Positions 30,093 through 42,080 of a stretch of 64,000 nt of DNA are shown here, one piece after another. The notes below the pieces were generated by a model. The model was not told the DNA's origin. It did not search any database and saw only the letters and a list, made by a program, of their open reading frames with translations. The DNA is from Eledone cirrhosa (lineage: Eukaryota), in assembly GCA_964016885.1 (NCBI GenBank), contig OZ024743.1, positions 341,682,001 through 341,746,000 on the forward strand, in the 5' to 3' direction. A program made the position numbers and the translations under genes. Position 1 is the stretch's first letter. Each line of letters opens with the position of its first letter.

Positions 30093-31890
30093 CAGAGTAA
30101 TTCGTGGTAGAGGGATGGTCAGTAGGAATGTGTCTGTAATTGTGTGGGGGATATTTTAACATGTTAAAAGCTATTTTTCAGCTCTTGTCTTACACGGAGA
30201 AGTGTGTGTGTGTGTGTGTGTATGTCTCTTTGTATGTTAATGTACGCGTGTGTATGTGTATGTGTATATATATGTGTGTGTGTCTGTGAGAGAATGTGTG
30301 TGTGTGTGGGTGTGTGGATGGACCAGTATTTATTTCTGGTAAAATGGTGTACATTATTCGATATTTTCAGTAAAATCGATTCTCTCAATTGAACATCAAA
30401 CACTTTAATAATAAAAGGTGTGAAATGATATATAGTATTGGCATAATACCAAGGTGTGTGTAAGTGTGTCCAGATTGTACGTAGTGCAAGGGGGATCCAT
30501 TAGGCCTTGCCGTATTGGAATACCTGTGCACAAATATGTATCTGGAGTGTGTCCAGATTGAACGTACTGCAAGGGGAATTCATTAGGTCTTGCCGTATTG
30601 GAATACCTGTGCACAAATATGTATGTGCCCATCAGTGTGCAATGCATGTGTGCGTTTATGTATGTGTGTGTGTCGGCATGTTTATATCTATAGACATCAA
30701 AAGGTATGCAAATTTGTGTATATTTGTGTTGCATCATAGAACATGTGTGTTTACGTATGTAATTGTGTTTATATGTGGGTAGAGATGTATGCTGATGTAG
30801 GTATGTATGTTGACGTGTGTATGTTGTGGGTTCGTCTTAGGGCGAAGTGTTTAGACGGAGTCCGTATTTGTTAATAAAATAAGATTCCTTGCTGATGCGT
30901 TGGGTGTGGGTGGCATTATCTTTAAATTTGTAGAGGGAAAAGATTCTGAAGTTGGGATGATTTTGGGCGGCACAGGTATCAATGTGTTCACTCAGTGGTA
31001 TTTTCCTGTATTCCCGTATTTTAATTTGAGATCTATGGACAGTCAGACGTTGGCGGAGGCTATTTTTGGTCTGGCCTATGTATTGTTCTCGACAACCTGA
31101 GCAAGTTAATACATATATTAGATTTTCTGATGCGCATGTGAAATTGTGTTTTACTATAAAACGTTGTCCTTCTTTGAAATAGAATTCCGAACCCTCTATT
31201 AGGTTTATGCAAATGCCACATTTGGGTCTATCGCATTTTTTTACTGTGGGTTTCGTTGTTGTGGTTGGCAGTACTTTGGCATGTGTTAGGATGTTTTTCA
31301 TTAACTTAGATTGTTTTTTGCTCTTTATGATATCGTGTGTTCGTAGGATTTGGTTCATACTGTGGTCCTTTTTCAACACAGGGATGTTCTGGAGGATGGT
31401 GTCAAAGGCCTCATTGTTGAGGGGGTTGTGTGTGGAGATGTATGGATGAGCTTTTAGTTTCGGTTGATTTACTTTAGGGTGTCTAAGGTCCTGGGTACTG
31501 AGTTTTAGGGCACGTTGGATTCCATTGTCAATTAGTGATGCAGGGTAGTCCTTACCTATGAGTGTGTCCTTTAGTTCTTGTAGCCGTAAGTAGCAGGTGT
31601 TTTTATTGGAGACTATAGTACAGATTCTCTTGGCTAAGTTGTAGGGAATATTAATTTTAACGTGTCTAGGGTGGCAAGAGTTGAAAGGAAGATATTGCTT
31701 GGAGTCTGTGGGCTTGTAGTATATGTCTGTTTCTATTTTTTTGTTATGGATATTAATGAGGATGTCGAGGAAGTCGAGTTGTCGATGGCTGTATTCCATC
31801 GTGAAGTTAATATTCGTGTTGAGCCCATTTATAAGAGTGTGAAATTCATTAAGTTTCTCGATGACCATCCTTCTACCACGAATTACTCTG

Positions 31891-31957
<67 letters not shown>

Positions 31958-32513
31958 CACGCATACACACACACATACACACACATACACACACACGCAC
32001 ACACACACACACACTTGTCTTAATAGGCATTTGAACTGTCAAGAGGCTGCGGTTCGCCCACACATCCCTGCTGACCATTATCACAACAACGAACCTCTTT
32101 ACTACTACTACACACACATATTTGTTGTGAAAGACTTATTTCTCAGTCAGCCGACACAAACCTACATTTGGCGCAAAATCAATTTTTTACATTCACATGA
32201 CCTCTACCGACAAATTAAAATTGTTTTGACCACAAGAATTTTTGCAACACGAATTGGCGCAAAACTTATTTTAATACCGCTGGAGCCACTTTTTTAACAT
32301 AAAAACAGGTAGAATTCCCAAAACTAATCAGATCAGAGCAAACATCACGGACGCTCTATCTCAAAATTATTTTTGTAAAGCATTAGAAATGCGCAACCGG
32401 TAAAACTAAAAACCAAAACTGAATACTAACCAATACTATTACTAATTCTCACTTATTCCTAATTAAACTATTTTTCACTGTGAACAATTTGTCAGCATTT
32501 TCTATTCCGTTTA

Positions 32514-32520
<7 letters not shown>
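29510..32520 (-). mobile_element. 5'-truncated PLE with an inverted upstream pLTR (arms 29543-30121 and 31862-32520)
   Basis: The arms are reverse complements and enclose the RT-EN reading frame; both ends abut (TA)n. Confidence 0.92.
30837..31860 (-). CDS. PLE polyprotein C-terminal part (RT end/thumb, Cys linker, GIY-YIG endonuclease); uninterrupted but 5'-truncated
   Basis: INFTME..LDFLDI..TDIYYKPTDSKQYL..SCHP, KKCDRPKCGIC, NLIYVLTCSGCREQYIGQT..LRQRLTVH. The first ~85 aa of the listed ORF are read-through of the inverted pLTR. Confidence 0.9.
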
Positions 32521-32554
<34 letters not shown>

Positions 32555-32556
<2 letters not shown>

Positions 32557-32850
32557 ATACTTTTGGAGGTTCATGTTGCCAATAAGAAACACACGCACCA
32601 GTTGTTTTCACTTCAATTTATTATAATAAATTTATAAATTTAGGAATTTATAAATTTATAAATTTCTGGTTGGTTGGTTGGTTTCACAACCAGATAGTTG
32701 TTTATATATTGTCAAAGTTCTTTCGTCACACATTCTGTGACCTCTTCACTGACTGGGGATTATTTTCTTTGTTTTTGTGCCTCTCCTTTGTTCTGTCCTA
32801 CGCCATTTTGTTTCTGTGTGTGTGTTGTGTGCTCAGTCTCGAGCATGCAG
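32555..32850 (-). mobile_element. Solo pLTR end, family C (second copy at 42095-42312)
   Basis: Shared TTCTTTCGTCACACATTCTGTGAC. The minus strand gives a degenerate HHR: GTCA-GTGAAGA-GGTCAC..GTGAC-GAAA-GAAC-TT^TGAC. Confidence 0.65.
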
Positions 32851-32855
32851 AAATG

Positions 32856-32921
<66 letters not shown>

Positions 32922-32923
<2 letters not shown>

Positions 32924-34648
32924 TATAAATGCACAGTTAAAACTACCGATAATATATTTAAATATGTTGGTGCCACTTCAACAAAATTTTAGGATCGCTG
33001 GAATAATCATAATCATACTCTAAGAAAATCTGTTAAAAAATCTTCTACTTCACTTTCACATCTTATATGGGATTTAAAATACAATAATATAGAATATTCA
33101 ATATCTTGAAGAAAGATTTCGAAAGCACCTGCATACCGAAATACGGTTTTATCATGATTATGTAAATTGTTTTATCGAAGAAATGTTTTATGTAATTAAC
33201 TGTCAAAACTCTATTAATCTCAGAACAGAATTATTTTCTTCTTGCAAACAACGCCAAAATTCCAAGTCCAGAAGTATTTTTAAATTATAATATCTCTATA
33301 ACCTTCAAAATGATCCTATTTCCTTAACAAAATTTAAATGTAAATTTTTTAAAATTTTTTATATTTTTAAATAATTTTAAATATTTTTAAATATTTTTAA
33401 ATATTTTAAAAATATTTTTAATATTTTAATATTCTTTAATATTTTTAACATTTCAGAAATTCTTTATACCTCTAATATTTATAATAATTTTAATATATAT
33501 AATTAATATTTTATTTTCCTACACCTTTTAATTCTGACATTACTTTTAATTCCGACATTATTTTTAATTCTGACTTTCTTTTGTAAGGACACACCAAATA
33601 TTTTGAGTAGATTGATAATCTTTAAATGATATTCTAAAAATTCATCCTATTTAAGATAGTTCTTTGAAGAACACATTACATTTTTCCTCTCTTTTGTTAT
33701 CTAAACATTCACACATCTTTCGACTAAAGTAATTGATCTCACACCGAATAATATATAATTTTTTCTTCTTTAATTTTAAATAAAATTAGAGTTATCTTTG
33801 CTCTATCAAGCGTTACAAACATAAACACTATTTTCAATCGTGAAAACATAACGATTTTTTGTTTGATAATCTATATAGCTTCGTTAAATTAACAATATTC
33901 TAAAACATTCTCAATGTTGAACAAAATTTTTGAATTCACAAATTATTCTACTCTAACAACTTGAAAATACAATTTCGACACCCTTCGTAACTCATATATA
34001 AACAATCAATACATACGCAACTTATAAAATAAAGTACCAGTAATGCACTGGGTATTTGCTGGCCTTGTGCCTAACGTAGAACCAATTATATATATAGATA
34101 TTTATATACATATACCCTATCCTAATATAATAAGATAAAAATACTTACAACCATAATTCTTCATATGATCTAATTGATTATGTATACAATATTATAACTC
34201 ATAATATAGATAACAAATCTTTTTCCCCAAATTAACGAGTATCCTCTCTCTTCACATACAATAAGTTATCATAATTATTTAAATTTTCCATAGCGTCTAA
34301 AATAACGTTTTTTTCAGCCCTTTTACATAAACCTCATTTGCATACTCATATTAATAATTTTAAATATCTGGTCTTTTTCTCTTCTCATCACTTTCCATGG
34401 ATACCTTGAACTATTAAGGTATATTATCCTTATATTTATAAAACATTTTGTATGTAATCTGATGATAGCGTACCAAAATGTTGGTACCCTTGAAATATAT
34501 ATAATAGAATAAATATTGTTTTATAAATATAGTTTCCAATTATTTAATATCAATGTATATTATACTCCAGAAAAAACTGTTGAGTGCTCTAAATCAGTTA
34601 TAAACATTTATATTCCTTGAATTACCAACAAATTGAATATCCCTTCTG

Positions 34649-34650
<2 letters not shown>
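32922..34650 (+). mobile_element. Truncated AT-rich PLE: GIY-YIG remnant (to about 33290) plus a family B-like pLTR with an HHR at 34451-34510
   Basis: YKCTVKTTDNIFKYVGATSTKF; CTGATGA-TAGCGTACCAA-AATG-TTGGTACCCTT-GAAA-TATATA-TA. A SINE 3' piece lies at 34024-34090. Confidence 0.8.
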
Positions 34651-34716
<66 letters not shown>

Positions 34717-34747
34717 TATATATATAGATATATATATGTATATATAT

Positions 34748-35382
34748 AATGCAATGAAATACCCATGATCGTTTGGTAAATCACTGATGAGGGACTCATT
34801 TTATAACATGTTATCCATGTGCAACCAGCAGTATTCTTCTCACCCATATTTTTCATATATTTACCCAAACTGCAATTCTGTGTTTCTCTCTTTCTCTCTT
34901 ACTGCTCCCTCGTTCTCTCTGTTTCTCTTACTTTCTTTCGTCCCCTCTGCCATGTCAGTTAACTCTTTCTCTCTACTGACCTCTTCCTCGCACTCCCACT
35001 CACTCAGTCCCTGTTTCTCCCCATCTTTCTTCCCCCCGTTCGCTGGGAAAACGGTTTTCATTCTTTCTAACACCGGATTCACTAGCGAAAGGTCTGTTTC
35101 TGACTCGCTCATATATTCACACAGCTTATGCTGAAAAATAACTATGTTGCTTGTGTTTATTTCCATCTTCGGTTAGGTTCCCCCTGTGTTGTTTACTTGT
35201 CTCACTCGCTTTACGCGTTTCTATTGTCCTAATAACTTATTTTAGTTATTATCACTCCAACGTGAGGTATATGATTTTTAATGCGATGAAATACCCATGA
35301 TCGTTTGGTAAATCACTGATGATGGACTCATTTTATAACATGTTATCCAAGTGCAACCAGCAGTATTCTTCTCACCCATATT

Positions 35383-35390
<8 letters not shown>
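34748..35390 (+). repeat. About 530-bp unit with a ~110-bp terminal direct repeat between (TA)n tracts; related copy at about 5900-6105
   Basis: GAAATACCCATGATCGTTTGGTAAATCACTGATGA...CCCATATTTTTCAT occurs at 34757 and 35288. Confidence 0.75.
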
Positions 35391-35436
<46 letters not shown>

Positions 35437-35560
35437 GGAAAAAATGAAACGAAATTTGCATATCGAGTGGGTTAACCCACTCGATATGCAAATTGGGCTA
35501 CTCAGCCCTTAATATGCATAAGATAAGTATATACGTTCAACAATCTGGGAGGAAGGTATA

Positions 35561-35601
35561 CGTTGCTGACGATAGCTAATAAGCTTGAAACTAGTACAGC
35601 G
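35561..35601 (+). ncRNA. Minimal type I hammerhead ribozyme
   Basis: CGTTG-CTGACGA-TAGCT-AATA-AGCTT-GAAA-CTAG-TA^CAGCG. Confidence 0.9.
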
Positions 35602-35984
35602 TTCCTTTGTCAGTGTTGAACAAACGAGCAACGATGGTTGCTAGACACTACGGCTTAATACGGGATGTTTGTTTACAAACACACCGAGCATTATAATAAA
35701 TGTTCGGTGAATCCAAACGTACATATATATATATGTGTGCATGTATGTATATATATATATACATACTACTGTACGTCTGTATACATATATGTATGTACGT
35801 ATACATACTTATATTTAAGTAACAGCCGTACTAAGAGTGGGAAATGTAATTTCGTTTCATTTTTTCCGTTTATCGTTTTCGGTGCACCCGGCCGATTAAC
35901 TCACTCCATATGCAAATTGGGCTACTCAGCCGTTAATATGCATTAGGTAAGTATATACGTTCAACAATCTGGCTCGAATGTATA

Positions 35985-36025
35985 CGTTGCTGACGATAGC
36001 TAATAAGCTTGAAACTAGTACAGCG
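35985..36025 (+). ncRNA. Minimal type I hammerhead ribozyme
   Basis: Identical core. Helix I extends through GTTCAACA..CTGGC / GCCAG-TGTTGAAC. Confidence 0.9.
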
Positions 36026-36406
36026 TGCCTTTGCCAGTGTTGAACAAACGAGCAACGATGGTTGCTAGACACTACGGCTTAATACGGGATGTTTGTTTAC
36101 AAACACACCGAGCATTATAATAAATGTTCGGTGAATCCAAACGTACATATATATATATGTGTGCATGTATGTATATATATATACATACTACTGTACGTCT
36201 GTATACATATATGTATGTACGTATACATACTTATATTTAAGTAACAGCCGTACTAAGAGTGGGAAATGCAATTTCGTTTCATTTTTTCCGTTTATCGTTT
36301 TCGGTGCACCCGGCCGATTAACTCACTCCATATGCAAATTGGGCTACTCAGCCGTTAATATGCATTAGGTAAGTATATACGTTCAACAATCTGGCTCGAA
36401 GGTATA

Positions 36407-36447
36407 CGTTGCTGACGATAGCTAATAAGCTTGAAACTAGTACAGCG
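36407..36447 (+). ncRNA. Minimal type I hammerhead ribozyme
   Basis: Identical core with the long bulged helix I. Confidence 0.9.
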
Positions 36448-36645
36448 TGCCTTTGCCAGTGTTGAACAAACGAGCAACGATGGTTGCTAGACACTACGGC
36501 TTAATACGGGATATTTGTTTATGAACACACCGAGCATTATAATAAATGTTCAGTGAATCCATACGTACATATATATATGTCTGCATGTATGTATATATAC
36601 ATAGTACTGTACGTCTGTATACATATATGTATGTACGTGTACATA

Positions 36646-36703
<58 letters not shown>

Positions 36704-36709
<6 letters not shown>

Positions 36710-37492
36710 CGGCGATATCGAATTGCGGCAGTGATCAAAAACAAAGCGAAACGCAATTTTCGAGATATGCGGCAAGTGCTCAATGGACTAAAATAAGCCA
36801 GAGTAATAAACATACGTTATAACGGCCAAACAAACTGAAAGCCCCGGTCAAGAAGCCATCAGCCACTCGAGCCAAAAAAACGAAGCAAGCTAAACAGGTC
36901 AAACGAAAGAATTTACTTGGAACCCAGGAATTGATGATATAATCCAGTGAAAGGTTTCTGCGACAAGTAAATCAATTATACTGCCTGCTTCAATATTAAG
37001 CTTTTCGTATAAGGATCGAACAAGGCTGACATTTCGTCAACAGGTATTTTGTTCTATGCCAGCGAGCGGGATCCCAGCAGTAGTAGTAGTAAGGTGCTGT
37101 ATTGATAACCCCACGGGTATTACCCTGCAAGGCAAGTAACCCCAGTTTTTGGCGGATGAATATAGCATGTGTAAAATTAATGCAAGAATTGCCAAAACTG
37201 ACAAATCGAATTAAGCTCTCGATCGGGTTGTTTTAAAAATAAACTTAAGCAATTAATCAGTCAATAGAATTATTTAATAGAATTAACTGTTTAATTACTA
37301 GGCCCCGGAGATTAATACAAATATAATTTCAGCGAGATCGAATTTCGGAAGTTGTCAAAAACAAAGCGAAACGCAATTTTCAAGATATGCGGCAAGCGCT
37401 CAATGGAATAAAAGAAGCCAGAGCAATAAATATAGGTTATAGAGGCCAAACAATCTGACAATGGTGGTCAAGAAGCTACAGCCACCGAATCC
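36704..37492. repeat. About 617-bp unit with a diverged ~170-bp terminal direct repeat
   Basis: TAATTTC(G/A)GCGA..CAAAAACAAAGCGAAACGCAATTTTC occurs at about 36704 and 37324. Confidence 0.7.
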
Positions 37493-37874
37493 AATATATA
37501 TATATATATATAATAGGTAGATTTCCGACGTGGATCGAGACTTGTTGATTAGAAAAACACATGTCTTCTCCTATCTTGTTTTTCTGTTTCTACATATTTT
37601 TACTACATTCGTACGGGCTTCATTTCTTTTCACTCCTAAACACCCACTCAACTCTATTTCTATTTTCTGATTAATCAATAGCGTCCGAAAATTAAGACTG
37701 TTTTTTGACTCTATTGAATGGTAATCTAACATAGGATTATGGCATTGTATTGTTGTTTTGTATTTTTTTCAACCTCAACGTTTCTTCCACACATTCCTCA
37801 AACACACACGCGCGCGCGTACAGACACAGATAGTTGTGTATATATAAATATATCAATAATAATGATATAATGAT

Positions 37875-38056
37875 AATAATTGTTTCCACTTTTGGTACAA
37901 GGCCAGCAATTATCCTAGTGAATTACTGGTACTTTATTTTATCGACCCCGGAAGGATGAAAGGCAAAGTTGACCTCGGCGGGATTTGAGCTCTGAGAGCT
38001 GGAACGAATACCATAAAGCAATCTATCCGACGTTCTAACGACTCTGGCAATTCCCA
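37875..38056 (-). mobile_element. SINE family 1 (variant)
   Basis: CTGGTACTTTATTTTATCGACCCCGGAAGGATGAAAGGC. Confidence 0.85.
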
Positions 38057-38231
38057 CGTTTATGATATAATGATAATAATAGTGACTAACATCGAAGTTG
38101 CAGCTGGGATTAGCATTTTTTGAAATCAATCTTCAGAGGTTGGCACGAAGCATTCAATGAGATGATATCGAAAAATGGATAAATTATAGCTCAGAGTAAT
38201 ACCAAATGTTGGGGTGTGACATATATATATA

Positions 38232-38455
38232 TACCAAGATAATAACAAATGGAAACTATATTTATAAAACCATATTTATTTTATTATATATATTTCAAGG
38301 GCAACCAATATATATAATAAAATAAATATGGTTTTATAAATAGTTTCCATTTATTATTATCTTGGAATATTTACTCCAGTAATTTGTTGAGTGCTCTATA
38401 TCAGTTATAACCATTTATGTTTGTCGGAACTCCAACAAATTAAGTACAACGCCTT

Positions 38456-38516
<61 letters not shown>

Positions 38517-38715
38517 CGAAGGAAATGTGGTAAGGAACCAGGTGGACCATAACGCACCAAAGTACTCAATACTTGAGGTAGTAGAGTGGGTAATAGGAAC
38601 CAGTAAGACCCCGGCAGCTGAGCTCAAGCCGTTTCGACGGCTAATTCTGGACTAGATTTAGTCCAGAATTAGCCGTCGAAACGGCTTGAGCTCAGCTGTC
38701 GGGGTCTTACTGGTT

Positions 38716-38757
<42 letters not shown>

Positions 38758-38949
38758 TAAATGTTTAACCCCGACGACAGGGCTCAATCCGTTTCGACGG
38801 TCATTTTTTTTTTAGTCCAGAAATAGCCGTCGAAACGGCTTGAGCTCTGCCGTCGTGGTTAAATATTTTCCTATTTCCCACTCTACTACCCTAAGTATTG
38901 ATTACTCTGGTGCGTTATGGTCCATCTGTTTATTTACCACGCTTCGTTC

Positions 38950-38955
<6 letters not shown>
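38232..38955. mobile_element. Cluster of three miniature fold-back pLTR insertions: 38232-38456 (family B), 38514-38720 and 38753-38953 (family A)
   Basis: Each is a short palindrome of a pLTR 3' end with a one-sided tail; they are separated by (TA)n. Confidence 0.85.
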
Positions 38956-39029
<74 letters not shown>

Positions 39030-40080
39030 GAATATATCAATTAATGACCACAAACCGGCCTTTCAGTCCAAACTACTGGTCAAACTCATAGCTCGCTCTA
39101 AATTAGACCTAGGTAGACTAAGCAAATGCATCTTTGACCGGATAATGCTAGAACTAAGAAATAAGAGGAAACTCAGCCTCTGGTCCTGTACAAAAGAGGT
39201 AATCGACTGGTTCTCCGGCATTGAAACCAAGTCGGACGTCCGTTTCGTACAAATTGACATTGTGAACTATTACGCCTCTATATCCCCGGTCATCCTAAAC
39301 AAGTCATTGATCTCAGCCATGAACAGATCATGCCCACCAGAAAGGAGGTAGACATCATACTAGTAGCTAGGAAATATTTACTAGAATTTGACGTTAAATT
39401 AAGGGAACGACAAAATAGACCAGATAGCTTCGACATTACTATGGGGTCTAGTGACTCAGAACAGGTTACGGATGTAGTAGGGCTATAACTCCTAAATATA
39501 ATAACGGATGAGATACCCACCATGGGTGGAGGCTTTTACCGAGACGAGGCCCTACTGTTGGCCCGCGGACTCAATAATAGACAATTAGATAGACTACACA
39601 AACGACTTAGATATATCTTTAAGTCCCAATGATTAGCGGTAGAAATAGAACCCAACAGTAGGACAGTAAACTTCTTAGTAAACATTAGAATTATACACAG
39701 GTCTCTACCACCCATACCATAAACCAAACGAAATCCTAAAATATGTCAACAGACACTCCAACCACCCTAGGAGCATAATTAACTCAATATTTAAAAGCGT
39801 TTCCTACAGAGTGTCAAAGCTGTCGGCGAACAGAACTATCTTCAACCAGCACGCGGAATATTATAACTCCGCACTTGAAAAAGTCTGGGTACAATGAGAA
39901 GATAAATTAAAATAACCAAACTAGAATTCACAACACCGGTAAAGCCAAACAGACCTTTAGAAACCCATATAGACGCGGAACACCTAGAACAAACACTAAG
40001 GAAAGACCACCTCTAGCCGACAGGACATGCAGATAAAGCTATACTCGCCAATCCCAGTAAGGACTCTGATTACACCGTGT
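39030..40080 (+). pseudogene. Degraded PLE reverse transcriptase
   Basis: NDHKP..SKLDLGRLSK..FVQIDIVNYYASI. Downstream frames give FDITMGS and GGFYRDE; there are frameshifts and stops. Confidence 0.9.
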
Positions 40081-40154
40081 AACATGTCGTTGATGTCTTT
40101 GTTTCTTCCCTTTGTCAAAGTAGTAAGTTTAGTAGTATTTCATTAACTGTACAC

Positions 40155-40188
<34 letters not shown>

Positions 40189-40972
40189 TTATGTGTAATT
40201 GTTATATGTGTGTATATTTTTATGTTTATTTCCTTATCAGTGGTGTCAACTTTCCTGTTTATATGTTTTCGTTGCCCTATATTTCTTTGAAATCTGATTT
40301 AAAAAAGAAAACTGGTCTTTTTAAATTTGTTTATCAATTCGTTCCGTTTCTGTGTTTAGTGAGATGCAGTTGGGCATGTTTGTGTGCGTGATTATATGTT
40401 TATGTGCTGTGTGTATTTTATATATACATATTTTTTATATATACAATTATATATGTATATGAGGTCTATGCATATATCATCTACCCTGCTTACACTGCAG
40501 GACATACTCTTCATTTGGATATCGACGCGATTTATATATGCTAGCTTTATAGGTTTGTGTTATAAACTCAGTGAAGACGCACTGAATGAAGGTCTTGAAT
40601 ACTGCTTATAGAGTGAAAACAATGTTTGCTATTCATAGTAATTACCGAATTCGCAATTTTGCCGATACTCTTCATTTGTCGAAATAGATTTTAGACTTTG
40701 GAGAAACTGGTAATTTTGGCCAATATTTGATGTAAACAGCCACTATTAATAACAAATAGTATATATACATATATATGTATATGTAAGTGTATGTGACTGT
40801 GTAAGTGCATATGAGTAACACACGTTAAGTATGTGCTTGGCAGTACACCGTGACTTGGCAGACACCGTTTTTCTCTGAAAGCGTTCACTAAATAATTCAG
40901 AAATAATTACATGTATACCAACAATTTCTATGTGAATGAAAGAAGCTTGAATATATTATGCAAAGAAGATAA

Positions 40973-41010
<38 letters not shown>

Positions 41011-41842
41011 ATTCGATGAATCAAGGCATAATCGTTTATGTCGCTGTTTTGTGGTGAATTCCATTAGTTGGAAAGAAAGTTTTGGCGCAGTGTGGCATAC
41101 ACAATACATCTATTTCACCGAGGTTCTATATAAAGCAAACAAATCGGACGACAGGAACGCGAAAATGCGTTATATGTAAGTACCTAAATTATGCCTGACT
41201 AAGTATGTATAATATCTAAATTATTCGATGGATTCGAAAGGGAAAAGGATGTTCGAAGCAATACATACGTTATTCAAAATACGCATTTGTATATAAATAC
41301 ATATTTCTATATGAATAAAAATGAGTCAGTAAATATATATGGTATATTATATTATATGATAATGTATGATCGCGTAACTGGTGATGGAGTCTTAGGGATG
41401 GCTCATTGACATTAGGTGTTTCTTGGGCATTTTAAATCTGGCGAACCTATCCAGACTTAAGTACAGCAGATTTCTCCCAGAGAATGATAGAAAGCGTGAG
41501 AGAACGAGAGGAAGTGAAAAAGGTATAGAGGAAGAATCAACCCAGTTCTAGACTGGTATTTTTTTTATCAAACTCAAAATGTTGAAAGACAAAGGTGACG
41601 TCGGCAGATTTGAGCTAAAAGAGCAGGATCAAATAGCAAAAGAATTCAGTCCCATGTTTTGTATCCTTTCATGTGTTAGTTAGCAAACGACCGTGTTGAG
41701 AAATTATTTGTAATGATATATTTTGGCTCTATACTTAACATAGAGCGTTAATATTCCTTTATCTATTCAACAGAAATGTTGACATCAGATTCACACACAC
41801 ACGCACACAAACACACACACACACACACACGCACACACACAC

Positions 41843-41897
<55 letters not shown>

Positions 41898-41899
41898 TA

Positions 41900-42080
41900 T
41901 AACGAAGGAAATGTGGTAAGGAACCAGGTGGACCATAACGCACCAAAGTACTCAATACTTGAGGTAGTAGATTGGGTAATAGGAACCAGTAAGACCCCGA
42001 CAGCTGAGCTCAAGCCGTTTCGACGGCTAAAGCCGTCGAAATGGCTTGAGCTCAGCTGTCGGGGTCTTACTGGTTCCTAT
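41900..42080. mobile_element. Miniature fold-back pLTR, family A
   Basis: TAACGAAGGAAATGTGG...TTCGACGGCTAAAGCCGTCGAA...GTTCCTAT inside (TA)n. Confidence 0.85.

Larger units (their letters stand above)
35433..36650 (+). mobile_element. Non-coding tandem array (422-424-bp unit, about 2.8 copies) with one hammerhead per unit; retrozyme-like
   Basis: HHRs at 35561, 35985 and 36407; a fold-back palindrome at the 5' end; (TA)n flanks. Confidence 0.85.

Noticed and set aside
29510-32520. DNA transposon with long terminal inverted repeats
   Set aside because: The interior encodes PLE RT/GIY-YIG rather than a transposase, and the arms are asymmetric pLTRs.
35433-36650. CRISPR array
   Set aside because: Whole units are repeated with no unique spacers; the context is eukaryotic and there are no cas genes.
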